A stretch of DNA of 64,000 bases from an uncultured virus (IMG/VR IMGVR_UViG_3300022752_000049) (IMGVR_UViG_3300022752_000049), one strand, 5' to 3'; shown: positions 1 to 14,551, counted from the stretch's first letter. A program made the numbers and translations. The notes: generated by a model not told the origin, from the letters alone.

Positions 1-400
1 TTGGGATCCGTAGAGAGTTATCAAAATGTTTCTTTAAATACTCCCTAATATGAACGTCTGTTACAGAGTCAACACTATAATCAAAAGCCTGTACCGATTT
101 TTCAATTAGTTTTTTTCTTAATGAAACCCAAATTAAATCTTTTGAATCTGGTATTATTATTTTTTTAGCTGACGGCAGTTTGGATCCATTGTAGGATGCA
201 GTGTTTCCTTCAGCGTCTACCTCAGAACCAGTTTTGGTGAATAATCTTACTAAGTTAGCGTAAGAAGCAGACCCAGTTACTGGGTCATCGGTTGACGCAT
301 TAGTTTTAAGATATTGTATTTCTTTTACATAGTCAAGTAAGAGCTGCTGTGTAGCAAATGTTGACTTTATATAGTCAAAGGACTCTTTATTCATTGACAT
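1..400 (-). CDS. Hypothetical protein, 3' end runs off the window
   Basis: ATG at 400 (MSMNKESFDYIK...) is open to the edge and was translated by hand. An in-frame CGGA sits at 7-10. Confidence 0.75.
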   Translation of the reverse strand, partial: MSMNKESFDYIKSTFATQQLLLDYVKEIQYLKTNASTDDPVTGSASYANLVRLFTKTGSEVDAEGNTASYNGSKLPSAKKIIIPDSKDLIWVSLRKKLIEKSVQAFDYSVDSVTDVHIREYLKKHFDNSLRIP

Positions 401-403
401 ACG

Positions 404-883
404 TTATTTAAACATTCTTTCTAATCTATTCATTTCAGCTATTTTTGCTCCGGAAGTATTAGCTTTCATCATTCTTGAATAATTATTTATTATACCAGAA
501 TTGTTTGATTTATTAAAAGAATTTGAAAGTGACTTTATATTTAAAATATTTGTTTTATTTTTTCCAGAAATATTTTTATTTTGTCTAGCTTGTTGATTTC
601 TTGGATTATCGTAACCGGTATTGCTAGCCTGTATCCAGGCTGGCGCACTGCGCATATAGCCCTCATACGAACCTCTAACCGGATCAGAAGAAGGAGCTAC
701 TGCTTCCGGGGATTCAGTGATAGCCCTTTTGCTTTCTTGGACTGCACTAGGCTTACCACTAGACGGTGTATGACTAACCTGAGCCGATAGCTGAGTGGAT
801 CTGCCTACTATTGGCCTTGTATCGGGCCTAGCATTAGCAGCGTCTTTTAGCTTTTTATTATAGTCAGCGTTTAGTAAACTCAT
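404..883 (-). CDS. Hypothetical protein (159 aa)
   Basis: ORF track; packed 3 nt from both neighbours. Confidence 0.75.
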   Translation of the reverse strand: MSLLNADYNKKLKDAANARPDTRPIVGRSTQLSAQVSHTPSSGKPSAVQESKRAITESPEAVAPSSDPVRGSYEGYMRSAPAWIQASNTGYDNPRNQQARQNKNISGKNKTNILNIKSLSNSFNKSNNSGIINNYSRMMKANTSGAKIAEMNRLERMFK

Positions 884-886
884 ATT

Positions 887-3800
887 TTAAAATGAACCAG
901 CTATATCATCATAGTGATTGCCGCCAAGATCAGGCAAACTGCTATGCATAGTACCCTGCATTTGACCATTTGATAAGTATCCGGCCCTACTCATAAACTC
1001 CTGCATCTTTTCATAATCTCCGTTAACGGAAACATTATAAGAAACACCTTGCCCACTACCTGCTGTAGGCATTGGTTCTATGGCGTACGGCATTGTCGGA
1101 ATGTTTTCATACGGATTGCCACCAGGCAGGAGTGGCGGACCAGATATACTTTCTGGTGTTACATCTTTATTTCTTTTCATCGCAAATATAGCTATTCCCG
1201 TAGCTGCAGCTGCGCCTGCTATTATTTTACCTTTGTTTTGAAAAGCTCCAGAAAGCATCGCGCCCAAATTCGGATTGTCTGCTATTTGCTGTTGTAGGAA
1301 TTGACCAAATCTAGTATATTTAGCTCGAGGAGCAATTTGGTCCATAACCAAGTTAGAAAAAGAATCTCTAACAACAGCATCTGCAGCAGTTGTATCTGCT
1401 ATCTCTTCCATGTATCTACCAAGTATTTCATCAATAGCATCTGTGGCTGAACCCACAGGGCTTTCTTGTACTGCGGTCTCGAATGCCTCAATCATACCTG
1501 GAGCCCTTAAAGCTATACCCTCATACGTATCTCTTGCTCTACGTATTGCTATTATTCTTCTTAAGTTCATAATGTATCTTTCGGTTGCGGCGGCCATATC
1601 TTCTTCTCGTATTGCCACACCTTTATTCGTTAATACCGAAGTCATTCTATCTCTATATCTTTGCATTACCAAGCTCTCAACATCCTCTTGTCTTTCTGCA
1701 GCTAATGCCAATAAATCATTGACTAAATCTGCATCTATCGCCGGATTATAGGCTGTACCAACTTTTTTGGATGCAACAAGACCGAGGTCTATAGTTTTTC
1801 CTGATGCGTCAGCAAAGAAGTTTGCAGTAGACGGCATGTTTTCTGGGAATAATTGTTGCCTTAAACCGCCTAATCCGAATCTACTTAACATTGAGTCTAT
1901 CTGAGCGTTTTGTTGTGCTGCGGGGTCAAATATGCTCGGACTTAATACTTGAGATATCCCACCCATTCCAACTGAATCAAGAGCCTCGATAATTTCTGCT
2001 GGTACCTGCTGCATTATTCTAGGTATGTCTTTTAGTGCCCTGGTTTCAGATGTAACTGTAGCTCTTGCGTTTGAGTAGTCAAAAATTCTATTTAAAGTAC
2101 TAAGAGAAAAAAAATCTTCTCCTGGAGCTATGTTTGTTGGACGGATTCTAGACAGATAATCGAAAACGTCGTCAACCATGGATAGCGTTCCCTGGTTACC
2201 CTCTAAAGACGTTCTAAGCATTGAGGCTCTTGCGTAATCAACTATATCTGATAAAGCATAGTTTCTTCCAGCTATTGAATATTGGTTTTCTCCATATTCT
2301 CCTATTGGACTTAAAACGGATTCTAGTATTCTGCCAAGTCCTGATTGAGCAGAAGCTTCTGCGGTTGTAACGCTAGAGTATTTCTTTTGATAAAATAAAA
2401 GTGTCTGAATATGCCTTAGGGCAGCAGACGGATCATCTGGATTTGATCTTATAACTTCTTCTAAATTTTGAATAATATTTTGCGAAATTGTATTTTTAGT
2501 TTGCTCTAGTCCAATTCTTGCTTTTTCTAAAACAACATTTATTGCTTGACTTGAAACAGATTCAGCTTGATCCAACCCGGCTACAATAGATCTTTCTGGT
2601 GCACCATTAGCAAAAAGTTCATCAATTCGGGCTATAAGATTTTGGTTTTCGTCGCCAAACTGATTCAATCTGTCTACTCTTTTTAAATCTGATTCTAGTC
2701 TATAGAGTTTTTCATATTCTGCTAGTTCGTTATTTTGTTGTTCTAGTAAATTTTTTGTAAGAAAATTTTCCACATCTGCTACTTCTTGGCTTTGTTTTAA
2801 AACTCCATAAAACTGAGCGAGTTCAGTACTTGCGCTTGATCTTAAAATATCTTCTTTGCTTTTAAGGGTTTCAAGTAGCTTTGCTGTTTCTGTCATATCG
2901 TTAACGAGTAAAGCTGCCGATTGTGCGTCAGGTAATCCGAGCATTGTTTAAAAGAGAGGCCTTTAATTGACCTAAGCTTTTTGTTACTCCTTTTTTATCT
3001 AAAACGCTTCTCTGCACTTGGCTGACTGCGTTTTCGATATTTGCAATAATTTTAGTTACTTCATCGGTGCCAGAAGTTGCGCCTGTTGCCCTAGATAATC
3101 CAAGCTTTAATCCTTCTAGCATGTTTTCGGCTACAGACAAAACTTCTCCGATTTTTACCCATACTTAGCTTTAGTTGAGTAGCAAATCTATCAAACCCTA
3201 TTCTTTTTGATTTTTCTACACCTAACATAATTTGATATGCAAGTAACTCTCCGCATATCTTGGGCAGACCCAGCTACTGCTGCGCTACCAACAGATGCTG
3301 CTCCGACATCCATGAATCCAAAAGCTATTTGCTCAAGCTTTTGTGCTCCGATTGAATCTCCGGCAGTAAGCCTGCTACCAGATTGATCTAATAAATTAGT
3401 TACTAGCTCCTGCATTTGTTGAGAGAATCCCTTTTTATTGTTTGAATAAGCTGCAGTAAGTGCTTGAATCTTTTGTGTTATTTGAGCTTCACTATGCCCC
3501 AATTCTCTAAACGCAGTTTGAAATTGATTTAAAACTGCTTCTTCCCCAAAATCAACACCAGTTTTTACAACTGCTAATCTACTTAAGCTTTTGTTTATTG
3601 CTTGGTTTCTTGTAAATTCATCTAAAACACCCTGGGAGTCAGAGGAAAATATTTGTGTTGCTGCATACAATTCTTGAGCGGACCCGGCAATCTTAAGTCT
3701 TCCGCCGCCGCCTGCAATAGCTGCGTCAATTGCTTGCTCTGGAGTATATACTGGTATTGAATTGATTCTTAATGACGATAGTCTTTTTTGTAAATCATTT

Positions 3801-6800
3801 GCATCAAACGCATTGGATGTGTTTAATCTTTCCATGATAGAAGAAATTGCGTCTTGTCTTTGCATATCTAAAGAAGAGGCAAAACCAAGTTTATTTACAT
3901 ATATGCCAAGGCCATCTTCTGCAGCAAAAGCTGCGTACTGTTGGCGATTAAAAGACTTATTAAATGCTTCTTCAATTTGAAATTTAATTTCATTGTCAAT
4001 TGAATCTGATTGTAGTATTTTTCCAGCGATTCTGTAAGCTACATCATTTTCGCTAACTGATGCAGCGTTTTTCAAACCTGCTCTTGTAGTTTCAAAAATT
4101 TGTTCGGATGTTTTTTTGCCAAATCCTCTTCCAAGAGAAGTTCTTACACTTTTATTTGATTCTAAAATATCTCTAACTGTTCTAAGTACTGGGTCATTGA
4201 CATCGGCATCGAGTGACATTTTTGTTTCAAACATTCTTATAAATCCGCTTTGTCTGTACTGCATTCCAAACTTAGGGTCTACTGCTGCTAATTTTTCAGC
4301 TATTTCAGGAGTTAGTTGTCTTGCTGTGCCAAACCTACCAGTAGCAGCTAATCGAACTACTTCTTCGTTTATTTCTGGAAGATTAATAAATCTAAAATCG
4401 TCTTCTAAAATATCACTAGCTCCTGGAAGATGTTTTAGTATATTTTGTATAGAAATATTTCTTGAGCTTTGAGAAAATTGCAGTCCCATGGTAGAACCGC
4501 TAGCATCCCTGTTTCCAACGTCAAGTATTCTGAAAATTGCTTTTTCTACTTTTTCAAAAAACTGAGGATTGTTTGTATCCATTCCCTCTATGTATTGTTT
4601 AGCTGCTGATTTGTTTCTTGATAATAAAGAAACATATTTAATAATTTTTTCTTCTTCATTTAATGAATTAAGTTCCAAAGCTGTTGCTCCAGCTTTAATA
4701 CTGGGTATTCTATTGAATCTTTGTTCACTAATTGAATCCGAAACAGCTCCGGCTAATAATTGAAATCTTTCAGCAAATTGGTTTTCTGAACCAAGCATTC
4801 TTATTAATGTATCTTCATCTAAGTGAGGAAACATCAGAGCAAATTCCTGAGGACCAGTTGGTTGACGCCAAACAAAAGAAGCTAATCTTCTATTTCCGTT
4901 TGTATCCCTAAGAAAAGATAAATCACCTATTACTTTGTCGTCTAAGTCAAATCCGCCAAATGCTTCGTATAGTGTGTCTGCAGTGCTGCCACTAACCAAA
5001 AACTTATGTCCCTGCATTCTGTATTTCATCAATTCCATTTCAGTGGCGGTGCCGTTTTCCATTGCGATTCTTATAGATTCCCTGTCTTTAAATCGTCCTC
5101 CTAAAATTGTATCGCCTACGGCGTTTGCCACGCGTTCTTCTGTATCAATTGCGTTTCTTTGAGAAAACGGAAGTATTGGAAGAAATAAGTTTGTATTTCT
5201 AATTTGACCAGTTTCAGAAACTGATCTATAAACTCTGTCAAACTTAAAAAAGTCTTGTGTTAAAAATCTTTCAGCCTGCTTAGCTAAACCTCTAATATGA
5301 GCTACATTTGTAAGCCCCTGTTCTCCGACGAAGTATGTTAGCTTGCAGTTCTATTGCTTCTTGTCTAAACTTTACAGCACTACTTCTACTGCTAAACCTA
5401 AGACTTTCCCAATTTTCTACATCTATGTTTGCTCCTCTTTGAACCTTATCTCTTAGTCGAGAAGATATTTTTCCTCTTCTGAATTCTTCTATATCTTGCT
5501 GTATCTGCTTAGCATTTTTTGATATTTCACCACGGATTACATCGTTGCCTGGACCATACATTTGCTTATGGAATATAAGACCTTGTATATCTGCATTTAT
5601 CATTTCATTTCCATGGCCAGTAGACAATTGCATAGTTATTGTACTAATTGGATTTCTGCCAGGTATTCTTTTACCAGCCGCAAGTGAAACTTCGCTTTTA
5701 AGTAGTTCTTCTGAGCCAACTCCTATGTATCCTAATCTTTGTAATTCGTAAACATTATTACCTTTTTCTGCGGCCAAAACATCAGATACCATCTTAACTT
5801 GACCGACTACCTATAAAAATTCTTCCGGTTTGGTCATCAAGCTGTCTCACTTGAAAAGCAGCTTTTTGATATTTACCATCGATCATTTCTATTGGATTAC
5901 CTTGAGCAATTCTCCTAAAGTCACTTTCCCACGTCGCAATGTTTTGTTTAAGATTTGACATTCTTGTTTGCATTTCTGTTGTTATAGGACCAGACGAGGA
6001 TTGTAAAGAATCTAAATTATTTCTTGCTTGTAAAATATTATCCTGCAGTTGCATTGCCCTATGTCTAAAGACTATGTCGTTCATAAACATAGAACCATCT
6101 TGTGTTTTTTTCAAAGCTTCAGTAAAACCATACTGTATTTGGCTTATTCTACTGGCGCTCATCCCACGAGCTTCAGCTGTGGCTTTAATGTGCTTTGCGA
6201 TATTTCCAGAAGTTATTTCTGAAATTATTTTTGCTGCCTTTTGTGGATCAGACTCAGCTTGAGCTGCTGCTATTTTTTGAGTTACAAAACCAGAATCACC
6301 GCTAATAGCTTCTTGGAGAAAATTCATAACGCTTCCTACTTCATCATCTGCAACCCCTTTAGCTCTCAGTGTATTCCTAAAAAACTGTTGGCCGACATTA
6401 AGACCCTCTTCGTTTACTGTATCGTATCCTCTAGTGGCTATCTTGATACCCTGCCTTCTTCTTGAGGCTGATTGAAATGCTTTTTGTCCTCCCAAGTTTT
6501 TTTGACTAGAAATGTACGCTGCACCAAATTGATCTTGTGCTCCAAATGTTTGAAGTATAGATTCTAGATTAGTATCATATATCAAAAATGCGTCATCAAG
6601 AGTTTGGATTTGATCTACAAATTGATTTTGTAAATTTCCTTCTGTTTTAAGATAACTCAATAAGCTAGATATACCCTCTTCTCCCTCTACGAGGTTTCTG
6701 GCTGACGTTGTTGCCTTAATTCTTTTTGAAACTTTTGCAAATGTTGATCCAATTTCTCCAAGAATATCATCAGAATCTTTACCAAGAACGGACCTTAATT

Positions 6801-7500
6801 TGCCCTCGTCAAGAACTTGCGAACCAGTTCTAACCAATAATCTAGTTATCTGATCTGTTGTTAGATATTTATCCCCAACCCTAAATCTAAGTAAAACAGA
6901 CGCATCTTTTTGAATATTTAAAAGACCAGGAAGAACCGCTTCTCCCGTTGAAACAGCTGCAGCGTTCGCTGTTGGATCTAAGAACTGGCCTCTCCCTATC
7001 ATTGATTGCGCTATGTTGTCAACAGCGGACTGAAGAGGCCTATCACCGCCAATGTCTTTTGCTTTTTCGAAACCAATTCTTTCAATAACCAATCTTTGAT
7101 CAACAACCCCCTCTAATCCCACTGCTTTTCGCACTGCTTCCGCGTAACTCTGATCAGCTGCCCCGCTACTTAAAACGCTTTCATTAACTGCTTTTACTAA
7201 ATCAGATAATCTTCCATATTGGCTTTTGTCTACTGCTTCTCCAGTTACTAATTGGGACAAACCAACTGGAGATATTTCATCATATTCAGAAACTGAAAGT
7301 TTTGCTGCGTCCGCTAAAACAGATTCTATTGAACTTGTTTGACTAGAATATACTTTACCAGTGATTATATTTTGTACTGCTAGTTTTCCATCTGCGTCTA
7401 CAAGAAAACGTAAGGTACCCTTTGCGTAGGCTTCTGTAGCTTGAAAGCCTTTTTCCGAAAAGTCTACACCTATTTTTGAAAAGTCATTAACAGAAACCAT
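887..7500 (-). CDS. Giant virion-associated protein, about 2202 aa (tape-measure-like or ejected protein), rebuilt across five +1 shifts at CGGW
   Basis: ORFs 5794..7500, 5292..5792, 3191..5131, 2928..3140 and 887..2944 join into one stop-free frame if one C is skipped at 5805, 5327, 3253, 3150 and 2939. It is helical and A/G/Q/S-rich with a C-terminal hydrophobic segment (IIAGAAAATGIAIFAM), and lies just downstream of the tail genes. Function is inferred. Confidence 0.7.
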
Positions 7501-7512
7501 AGGTATTTAAAA

Positions 7513-10500
7513 TCACCTTACTCCGGCCATTACATTAATTTGACCAGGATTTGTATTATTAGTAACTGGAGTAATGTTTCCATCTATACCCATATCAAAC
7601 ATTAACCTTTGAAGCTGGGATCTAACATCTTTTTCTGACATATTAGAAGCGCCGAAACCTGGATAACTTGGGTTAACTAAATTAGCTTCCCTAATTTGTT
7701 GTGGGAAGAAACCCATTTGCGACATTTCAATACCCATCGCCTGTCCCATCTTTATTTTAACATGTTCCATGTTTGTGTTAGGATGCCAACCTTCCCAGTT
7801 GGCATTGGGTAGCTCATGTCTTGTAAAATACTGAACTAGATCTGGCCTTCTTTCTACTGGCATTCCCCAAGCGGCTTCGTATATTCTTCTTTCCAATCTT
7901 GGAGCTGTTGATAATATTCTTCCCCTCTCGGATTCCGGAGCTTCAATCATCGCCTTAAAGTAATCTCTTTTTCTCTTTGGTATAGATAGCGCTAATTGAT
8001 CTATTGATTTTGAATCTAAATCAGCTCCATACATTGTTCTTCTTGAAAGAGCCATGTATTGCTTTGCGGCTTCTACGTCACCTATTTTTTCTGCTCTAGC
8101 TGCAGCTGTTCTATTTTTGACATAGCTTAATACATCTGTGTATTCTTCAAGTGCAAGTTGCTTTTTTCTTTCCTGGGGAATATATCTTTCTTCTTTGGAT
8201 CTCTGTATTGCCGAAAAACCACCAACTGTTAACGCACCAAAAGAACCTAAAATAAACTGTGCTCTTGGGCCCTTACCAAAAAGACCAAGACCTATTGCAC
8301 CTACGCCAGCAGCAAGTAATGGATTTCTTTGCGTGCCCTTATTATATATTGGCTGTATAAAGCTTTCGATTGGCCTTTGCCACTCTGGGAACGTAGAACC
8401 ATATACATGTCTTCTTTCGTAGTCTTCAGTCGCTGTTCTTTTACCAAAAAACTTATTGTTTACGAAGTTATCCGTATGCTGCAAGTAGTCCTTTGTTGTC
8501 TCCAAGGGATTTAATGCTTTTTGGAAAATGCTTCTAGGTTCTTTATAAGGATCAAAGTTTGTTCTACTTTGTTCTATCGCATTAATCTGCGATCTAATTT
8601 GACCTACTTTTTTTCTTTCTTCTTCTGAAAGACCAATTTTATTTATTCTAGAATCTAAAGCTCTAAATTCTTTTGAGTAGGGTGCAACATCGGCTAAAAT
8701 ATCTAGCTGATTTACTGCTCCATATCTTCCAGATTGATCTGAGTATAATTTATTAAATCTTTCATAACCAACACCAGGAAGTCTCAGTTCACCTTCTTTT
8801 ACTTTTGTAAAAGGATCACCAGTAGTAAAATCAATAAAATTATCTCTACCTGGCAAGAACTGATATTGTATTCCCATAGTATTTCTAATAGGATTTACAT
8901 AATCTACATTTGTTCTTTCTTTTGGTATAAATCTTCTAACAACTTCAGATATTTCTATATTACCCAAAGCTCCTTCAGCTTGAAGCGGAAGGTCACCAAG
9001 ACCACCCAAATTAAGATCCCAAAAAGCCCTTGTGGTTCCATAAGCTTTAGATGCCGATTGAAGTACAGCTCTATTCGGCTCAAAATCAAAAGAACCAAAT
9101 CCTAGTGATTCTCTAATGTTTCCACCAGCAAAACCGTATATACCGAAAGTTTCCTGTAGTCTATAGCCTAATTCGCCACCAATAACTTCTCTATTTGTAG
9201 TTTTAAATGGCATGCCTGACGGCACTATGTCGGCTGGAGCTATATTGGAACCAGTAGGAACACCGGGGAGAATGGGGTTTATCGATCTTGATATTGAGGG
9301 GGGAGCGCTGGCAGATGCCTGTACAAGTGATGTATTATAGTATTCTGACTGCGCTCTTACTGCTTGCCTACCTGTTTGCTGAGGTGCGGATGCATTCGCG
9401 GCATTTGCGTTATGTAACGCTATCGGGATAGAGGAACCGGCTCCTACTTTGTATGCCTCCAGCTAATGTTGTTGGTATATTTCTAAGTGGTCTAGGCTCT
9501 CTACCGTATGCGGGTGCTGCAGCAAATGTTAAATCTGGATAGACTTCTCTAACAGACTCATCAGTATTATATGGAGTAAGTGGCGTAGCGTAGTTTGACG
9601 CATCAAACGTTGGTAAAAAAGCACCCCCTTGTCCAACTTTTTGATACTCGCTCAGTCCACGAGCAAGTTCTGCCGGATGCATTATTTTTTGTGGTTTAAG
9701 TATTCTACCTACAGTTGCGTTGAGAACTGGTACTGCCGCTCCAAACGGACCACTAAAATACTCTCCAGTTACTGGATAAGGTCTATCTTGATAATGTTTT
9801 CTTTCAAACCTATATGGATCAAGTGGTCTTAGGGGAGAAAAGTCATTATAGTATAAAAACTTTTCCATTGGGCTTCCATAGGTGTCCGATGTAAACATCG
9901 CACCACCCTGAAGCCTTCTATACCACGATGGTCTAAAGTACTCAATTTTTCCACCTTTAAACGGTGTGTTCCCAAGTGGCCAGAATCTTCCTTTTCTTAT
10001 TGGAACTTCGCCTTCAAGTAATTGTTTTCTCTTTTCAAAATATCCCATTCCACCAGGAGTTAAACCGCTAGCAAGAGCTTGCCCTTCTACGCCAATTCTT
10101 GCAGCTGTTCCCAATACAAGAGGTGAATATACTCTTTCTCCTCTTTCATCTTTTGGTTGAGTATATCCGCCAAGTGTTCTATCAACTGTTAATGCGGTTG
10201 TTCCTATAGCAACTGCTGGAAGTATTCTTTCTCCAACCATTCCCCTAAAGTAAAGATCTAATGGACCATAGAAGTTGCTTTCATTTAATTGAGATCCTAC
10301 TGTTCCAAAATATCTATTTAATCTTTGAAAACCAATTGACATTGGTACTGAAGCTAGCGAAAAACCTTCTTCATTACCATATGTGTGTATTCCAGAAGCG
10401 CTTAATAATGTAGCTTTTGGATTTCTCTTAAAAGCTGTTGCAAATGTTGGAACGAATGTAAATGGGTTTTCTCCAGTTCTTCCACTAAGAACTGTTGGTA

Positions 10501-13500
10501 TTTGATCTTCCACATATTGACCCATTCCAAAATTTCTCTTGAACATTGGAGCCACTTTACCCATCGCAGCGCTAATTGGGTTAAGCGAAGATCTACCTGC
10601 TGCCTCTGTTGTCCCCTGGATAAGGGGATCTAACAACGTTGGATTCTGACTTAAAATAGCTTTTGTTTCTTTAAATCTATTTAAAGTATTTATTACACTA
10701 CCCGCTGCGTTTGATCCCTGTTCGTATTGGAATGTTTTAAACGCAGTTAAGTTTAAGAGCGTGGACAGAGTTGCAGCTTGTGCTTCTGCTTTTTGAGATG
10801 AATTAATAACTCCGCTTTGCCGCTAAGTCATCAATGGCCGAGGTAATATTTGTTATTAATTGAGCTGGGTCTGCACCAGGGGCTAAACCTTTTCTGAGAG
10901 TAAGGTATCGTATTACCTCGAACCCCATTTCATCACCTCTAGTTACTATGGAGCCAGATGACTCCAACATTCTAGATTGTGCGGAAAAGTCTGTTATATC
11001 ACCGAACTTCTTTAATCTACTAAAAGCTTTTGCTATTGCTTGATAGTTTGAAAGATTTTGATCAATATCTATAGAGGAATTTATTGCAGTTAAATCGCTT
11101 TTAAAGAAATCTATAATTTTGTTTGCTGTGGCAGATGTTTTTGGCGAAAGCAGATCATCTAGACCAACTCCAGAAAGCACTCCTTCCGCATCGCCTATTC
11201 TGCTAAGCTTAAGCTCTCTTGACGCGGCAGAGAAAGATGCTAATTCACCCGTTCCCAGTATTGCTTCTGAAACTCTTCTAGGATTTCCATAACCCAACAT
11301 CGAATTTCCTAGTCGGGTAAATGCCTCCATCAACTCTCCATGAGAGGCCACCAAACTGTCATCAGCTGCGTTTCTTAATTGATACTCAAGTGTTTCGCCG
11401 GAGGAATCTGTTATATTTCTTAAAACTAAATTTCTTTTTCTACCAAAACCACCAATTGTAAATTCTTGATCAAATTCATCCCTAAGTATTCTTCCTAAAA
11501 CAGCTGGATTATTTACATCAGATTGTCTGTCTAAAAGTCTGCCAAAAAATCTAAATAGAGAATTTGGTTGCTCTTCTGCGTAATCTAATTTTTGTTTTAC
11601 TTTTCCTAAAAAGCCACCTTCATCAGATGAAGTTCTTGGCGTTCTTTGTTCAGATGCTAACTCTGCCGTTCTCGTGAACATGCCAGCGCTGCGCGTAGCT
11701 AATGGTCGATAATATCCAGCTATTTCTTTTGCTAAAGTATTTTCTTTTCCAACCTCCATCCTTCCCGATTGATAAGCTACTAACTTACCCTTTGTGCCAA
11801 GCAGGCCCCCAGTGCTATGCCATGTATACATGTCTGCTGCCAGACCAAGTTCATCTGCTTTTGGAACAAATGGATGCATACCGCTTGCTGAAGATACTCT
11901 AAACATTCCAGCTTCTGACATTGACTGAAAGTCTTTAAACCCAAGCATCTGCATTGGGTTAATATTGATGATTGGAACGCGTATGTCATTAGCTAAAAAT
12001 TTTGAAACAGCTCTAACACCAGCTTGTATTGGATTAACATTTAGGAGTACTGAACTTCCTTGATCTCCAATTTTAAAGAAACCTCTTAAATTACTTTGTG
12101 CCTGGCCCTGTTGTCCACTGGTAAGTCTTATGTCTGAAATAATTTGTCTAATCGGATTTGTTGACAACATACTGGAATTCGGAGTTTGAAAGGCAATATT
12201 TCCAGTAAAGACCTGATAAGGAGAAGGGGAAGCATTTCCGGCTGAATCTACTATATTTCCAGCTAATGGACTGGTCGTTCCAGTTTGTGTTCTTAGGATT
12301 TTATTAGCAATCAGCTTATCTTGATCTGCTAAAAACTCATCAAGCGTATAAGCAGAAACTCCAAAGAAACTACCTATGCTCCCAAATTTTGATGCCTGTA
12401 TGGCTTTATTGTTTAGAAGATACCCCTGCATTTGCTCATGAGAGTCAAAACCTCTTGCTGAAAGTCTTGCAGTTAAATTTGGTGCATTTTCGTCTATACC
12501 TATAGTTCTTGCAGTTAGCTTTTGTAGTTCGGATAATGCATCTCTTTTTACTCTTGCAGTATTTGGTAGATTCGTGTTATAGAGAACGCTAAAGCTATCT
12601 TCTTTTGGTTTAGTTCCCCTAAGAGCAGTTTGAGTGGCAAACTTTTTAAACTTTTCATAAATTACATTAGCAGTTGAATCTATATCTATATTTCCATAAA
12701 GAAGAGAAATATCTTTAGCACCGGGTTCAAAAGCCGCTTTATATAAATTGTCAACTTCGCTAAGCGCAGTTTCAAGTTCTTCTGGTTTTAGGGTTATTGG
12801 ATTTATCTTCCCAACTTTACCCTTATTGTATCTATCTATAACAGTAGCAAAAAAATCTGTTTCTGGGGCGCTGCCACCTATTGTTATCCTATTTTCTGGA
12901 GCAATAAATTCTGGATCTGTTTTTCCCTTTACAGCTTTCCATGGATATTCATCAAAATAAAGTTGATCTGCAAATTTTTCTGCGGATGTTTGATCTACTC
13001 CATCAATTTGTGAAAGCCTATTAACTAGCTGTTTTCTGTACTGTGCATCAAAAACTTCTCTCTTAAATGATCTAGATAGATACCCATTTCTTGCTGCGTA
13101 GTCAAGCCCAGTTACAGACGCCCTATTTCCGCCCCTGCGAATACCTACTTGGTTTTCAAAATCTTGAGCGAGTCTTATTAATGGAGAAGTTCTTTTTCTT
13201 AAAATATTTTCTATTGATTCAACAAGTATTGGGTTAACATCTTTATCGGCAGGAGCAGGACCTAGCTTATTTGCTTTTGCAATAATTTTTTGCGCTGCTT
13301 GTAATGTATCTCCGCTTTTATCAAGATAAATTTGAGCTGCACTTAGATTTTTATACTGCTTGTAACCCTGAGTTAATCCCTGTCTTATTGACTTATAGCC
13401 TGGTATCAAATCTAGGAGACTGTCTATTTTTGTACTGTCTGCTAATCCACTATTTAGCGCTTGTTTATTTCCCCTATAAATATCAGAAGCTATATTTTTA

Positions 13501-14540
13501 ATTTTTGTAGAAACAGGTTGACTTGGATTAGCTCCATGGCGCGCTGCGTACAAGTCGCCAACTGGGTTTTTGTTAACTCCAGATAATGTAGAAAATGCTA
13601 CAGATAAAGCGCCTGAAGATCTTTCGGAAAATTTAATTGATTTATCTAAAACATTAAAAATATCTTGTCCGACTTCAGAAAGTGATCCTCTTAGAAAATT
13701 TGTATTTTCATAAAGTTTTTTCTGAACTGGAGTTAACTGCTTATATCCAGCATACATTGAGTCCCATCTTTGTTCTGCTGTTCTAAAAAAGTTTAACGAA
13801 CTTTCTTTAGAGGCTCCAGCCATTGCAGCCGGAAGAACAAATCCGCCCAATTGAAATGCGGTAGTCTTAGCTAAATCTTTTCCTATATCAGTTATTCTGC
13901 TTGGGTCATACCACTTTTTTCTTGGGCCATCTGGTTCTTCTCTGCCAAATAGCTTTCTTCCGACAGTCTTATCAACTGCATAAAATGCTGGCACTTCATA
14001 GGGTAGCCTTCTTGCCTGTCTAACTAAAGACTGCTGAAGCTGGTCTCTCCAAGCCCATCCTTCTGCACCTTTTACTCCCTTTCTTGCAAAGGAGTATCCT
14101 GTATCAAGGATGCTTTTTATACCCTCATAACCAGTGGTTAGGGTATCTTTTCCAGCTTCTTTGTATACTAAAGAAGTTGTACCTTCGGCTAATCGAGTTA
14201 CGCCTTCTAGCTCGTCAAGAATACTGCGTACTTTAAGAAGCCCCTGATGAGACCTGGTCAATACATTTTGGGTACCAGCTTGCTCTGCTGCACGCGCGGC
14301 TTGTGTTAGCTTATAGCCAAGCTTTAAGCCCTGGCCCTTAACAACCTTGCCAGCAACTGTTGCTGCAATGCCTGTGGCAATCATGGCCGTAGCCATTTTG
14401 GTGATTGGATTGCCCTCAAGTGCTCTGGCAATAAAGCCAGAATTAGCAGCAGGGCCTACGTCTTCATTTCTTTGCTCTGCGAAGTCTCTTGAGGTAACAC
14501 CAAAGCCAATGTTATGTATTGGCTGATTGTCTCTTCTCAT
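7513..14540 (-). CDS. Tape-measure-like protein, about 2341 aa, rebuilt across two +1 shifts
   Basis: ORFs 10803..14540, 9410..10636 and 7513..9225 join by skipping C at 10814 (AAG C GGA) and 9439 (AGC C GGT). It follows the chaperone-like genes and has G/A-rich hydrophobic segments. Confidence 0.7.
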
Positions 14541-14551
14541 GGTCTACCTCT

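Noticed and set aside
9442..9445. AGGA as an alternative shift point in the tape-measure-like gene
   Set aside because: It fits locally (S-G-A-G-S), but in-frame AGG occurs unshifted elsewhere (AGT AGG GCC near 985; GAA AGG CGC near 62078). An in-frame CGGT lies two codons later. This one site remains ambiguous.
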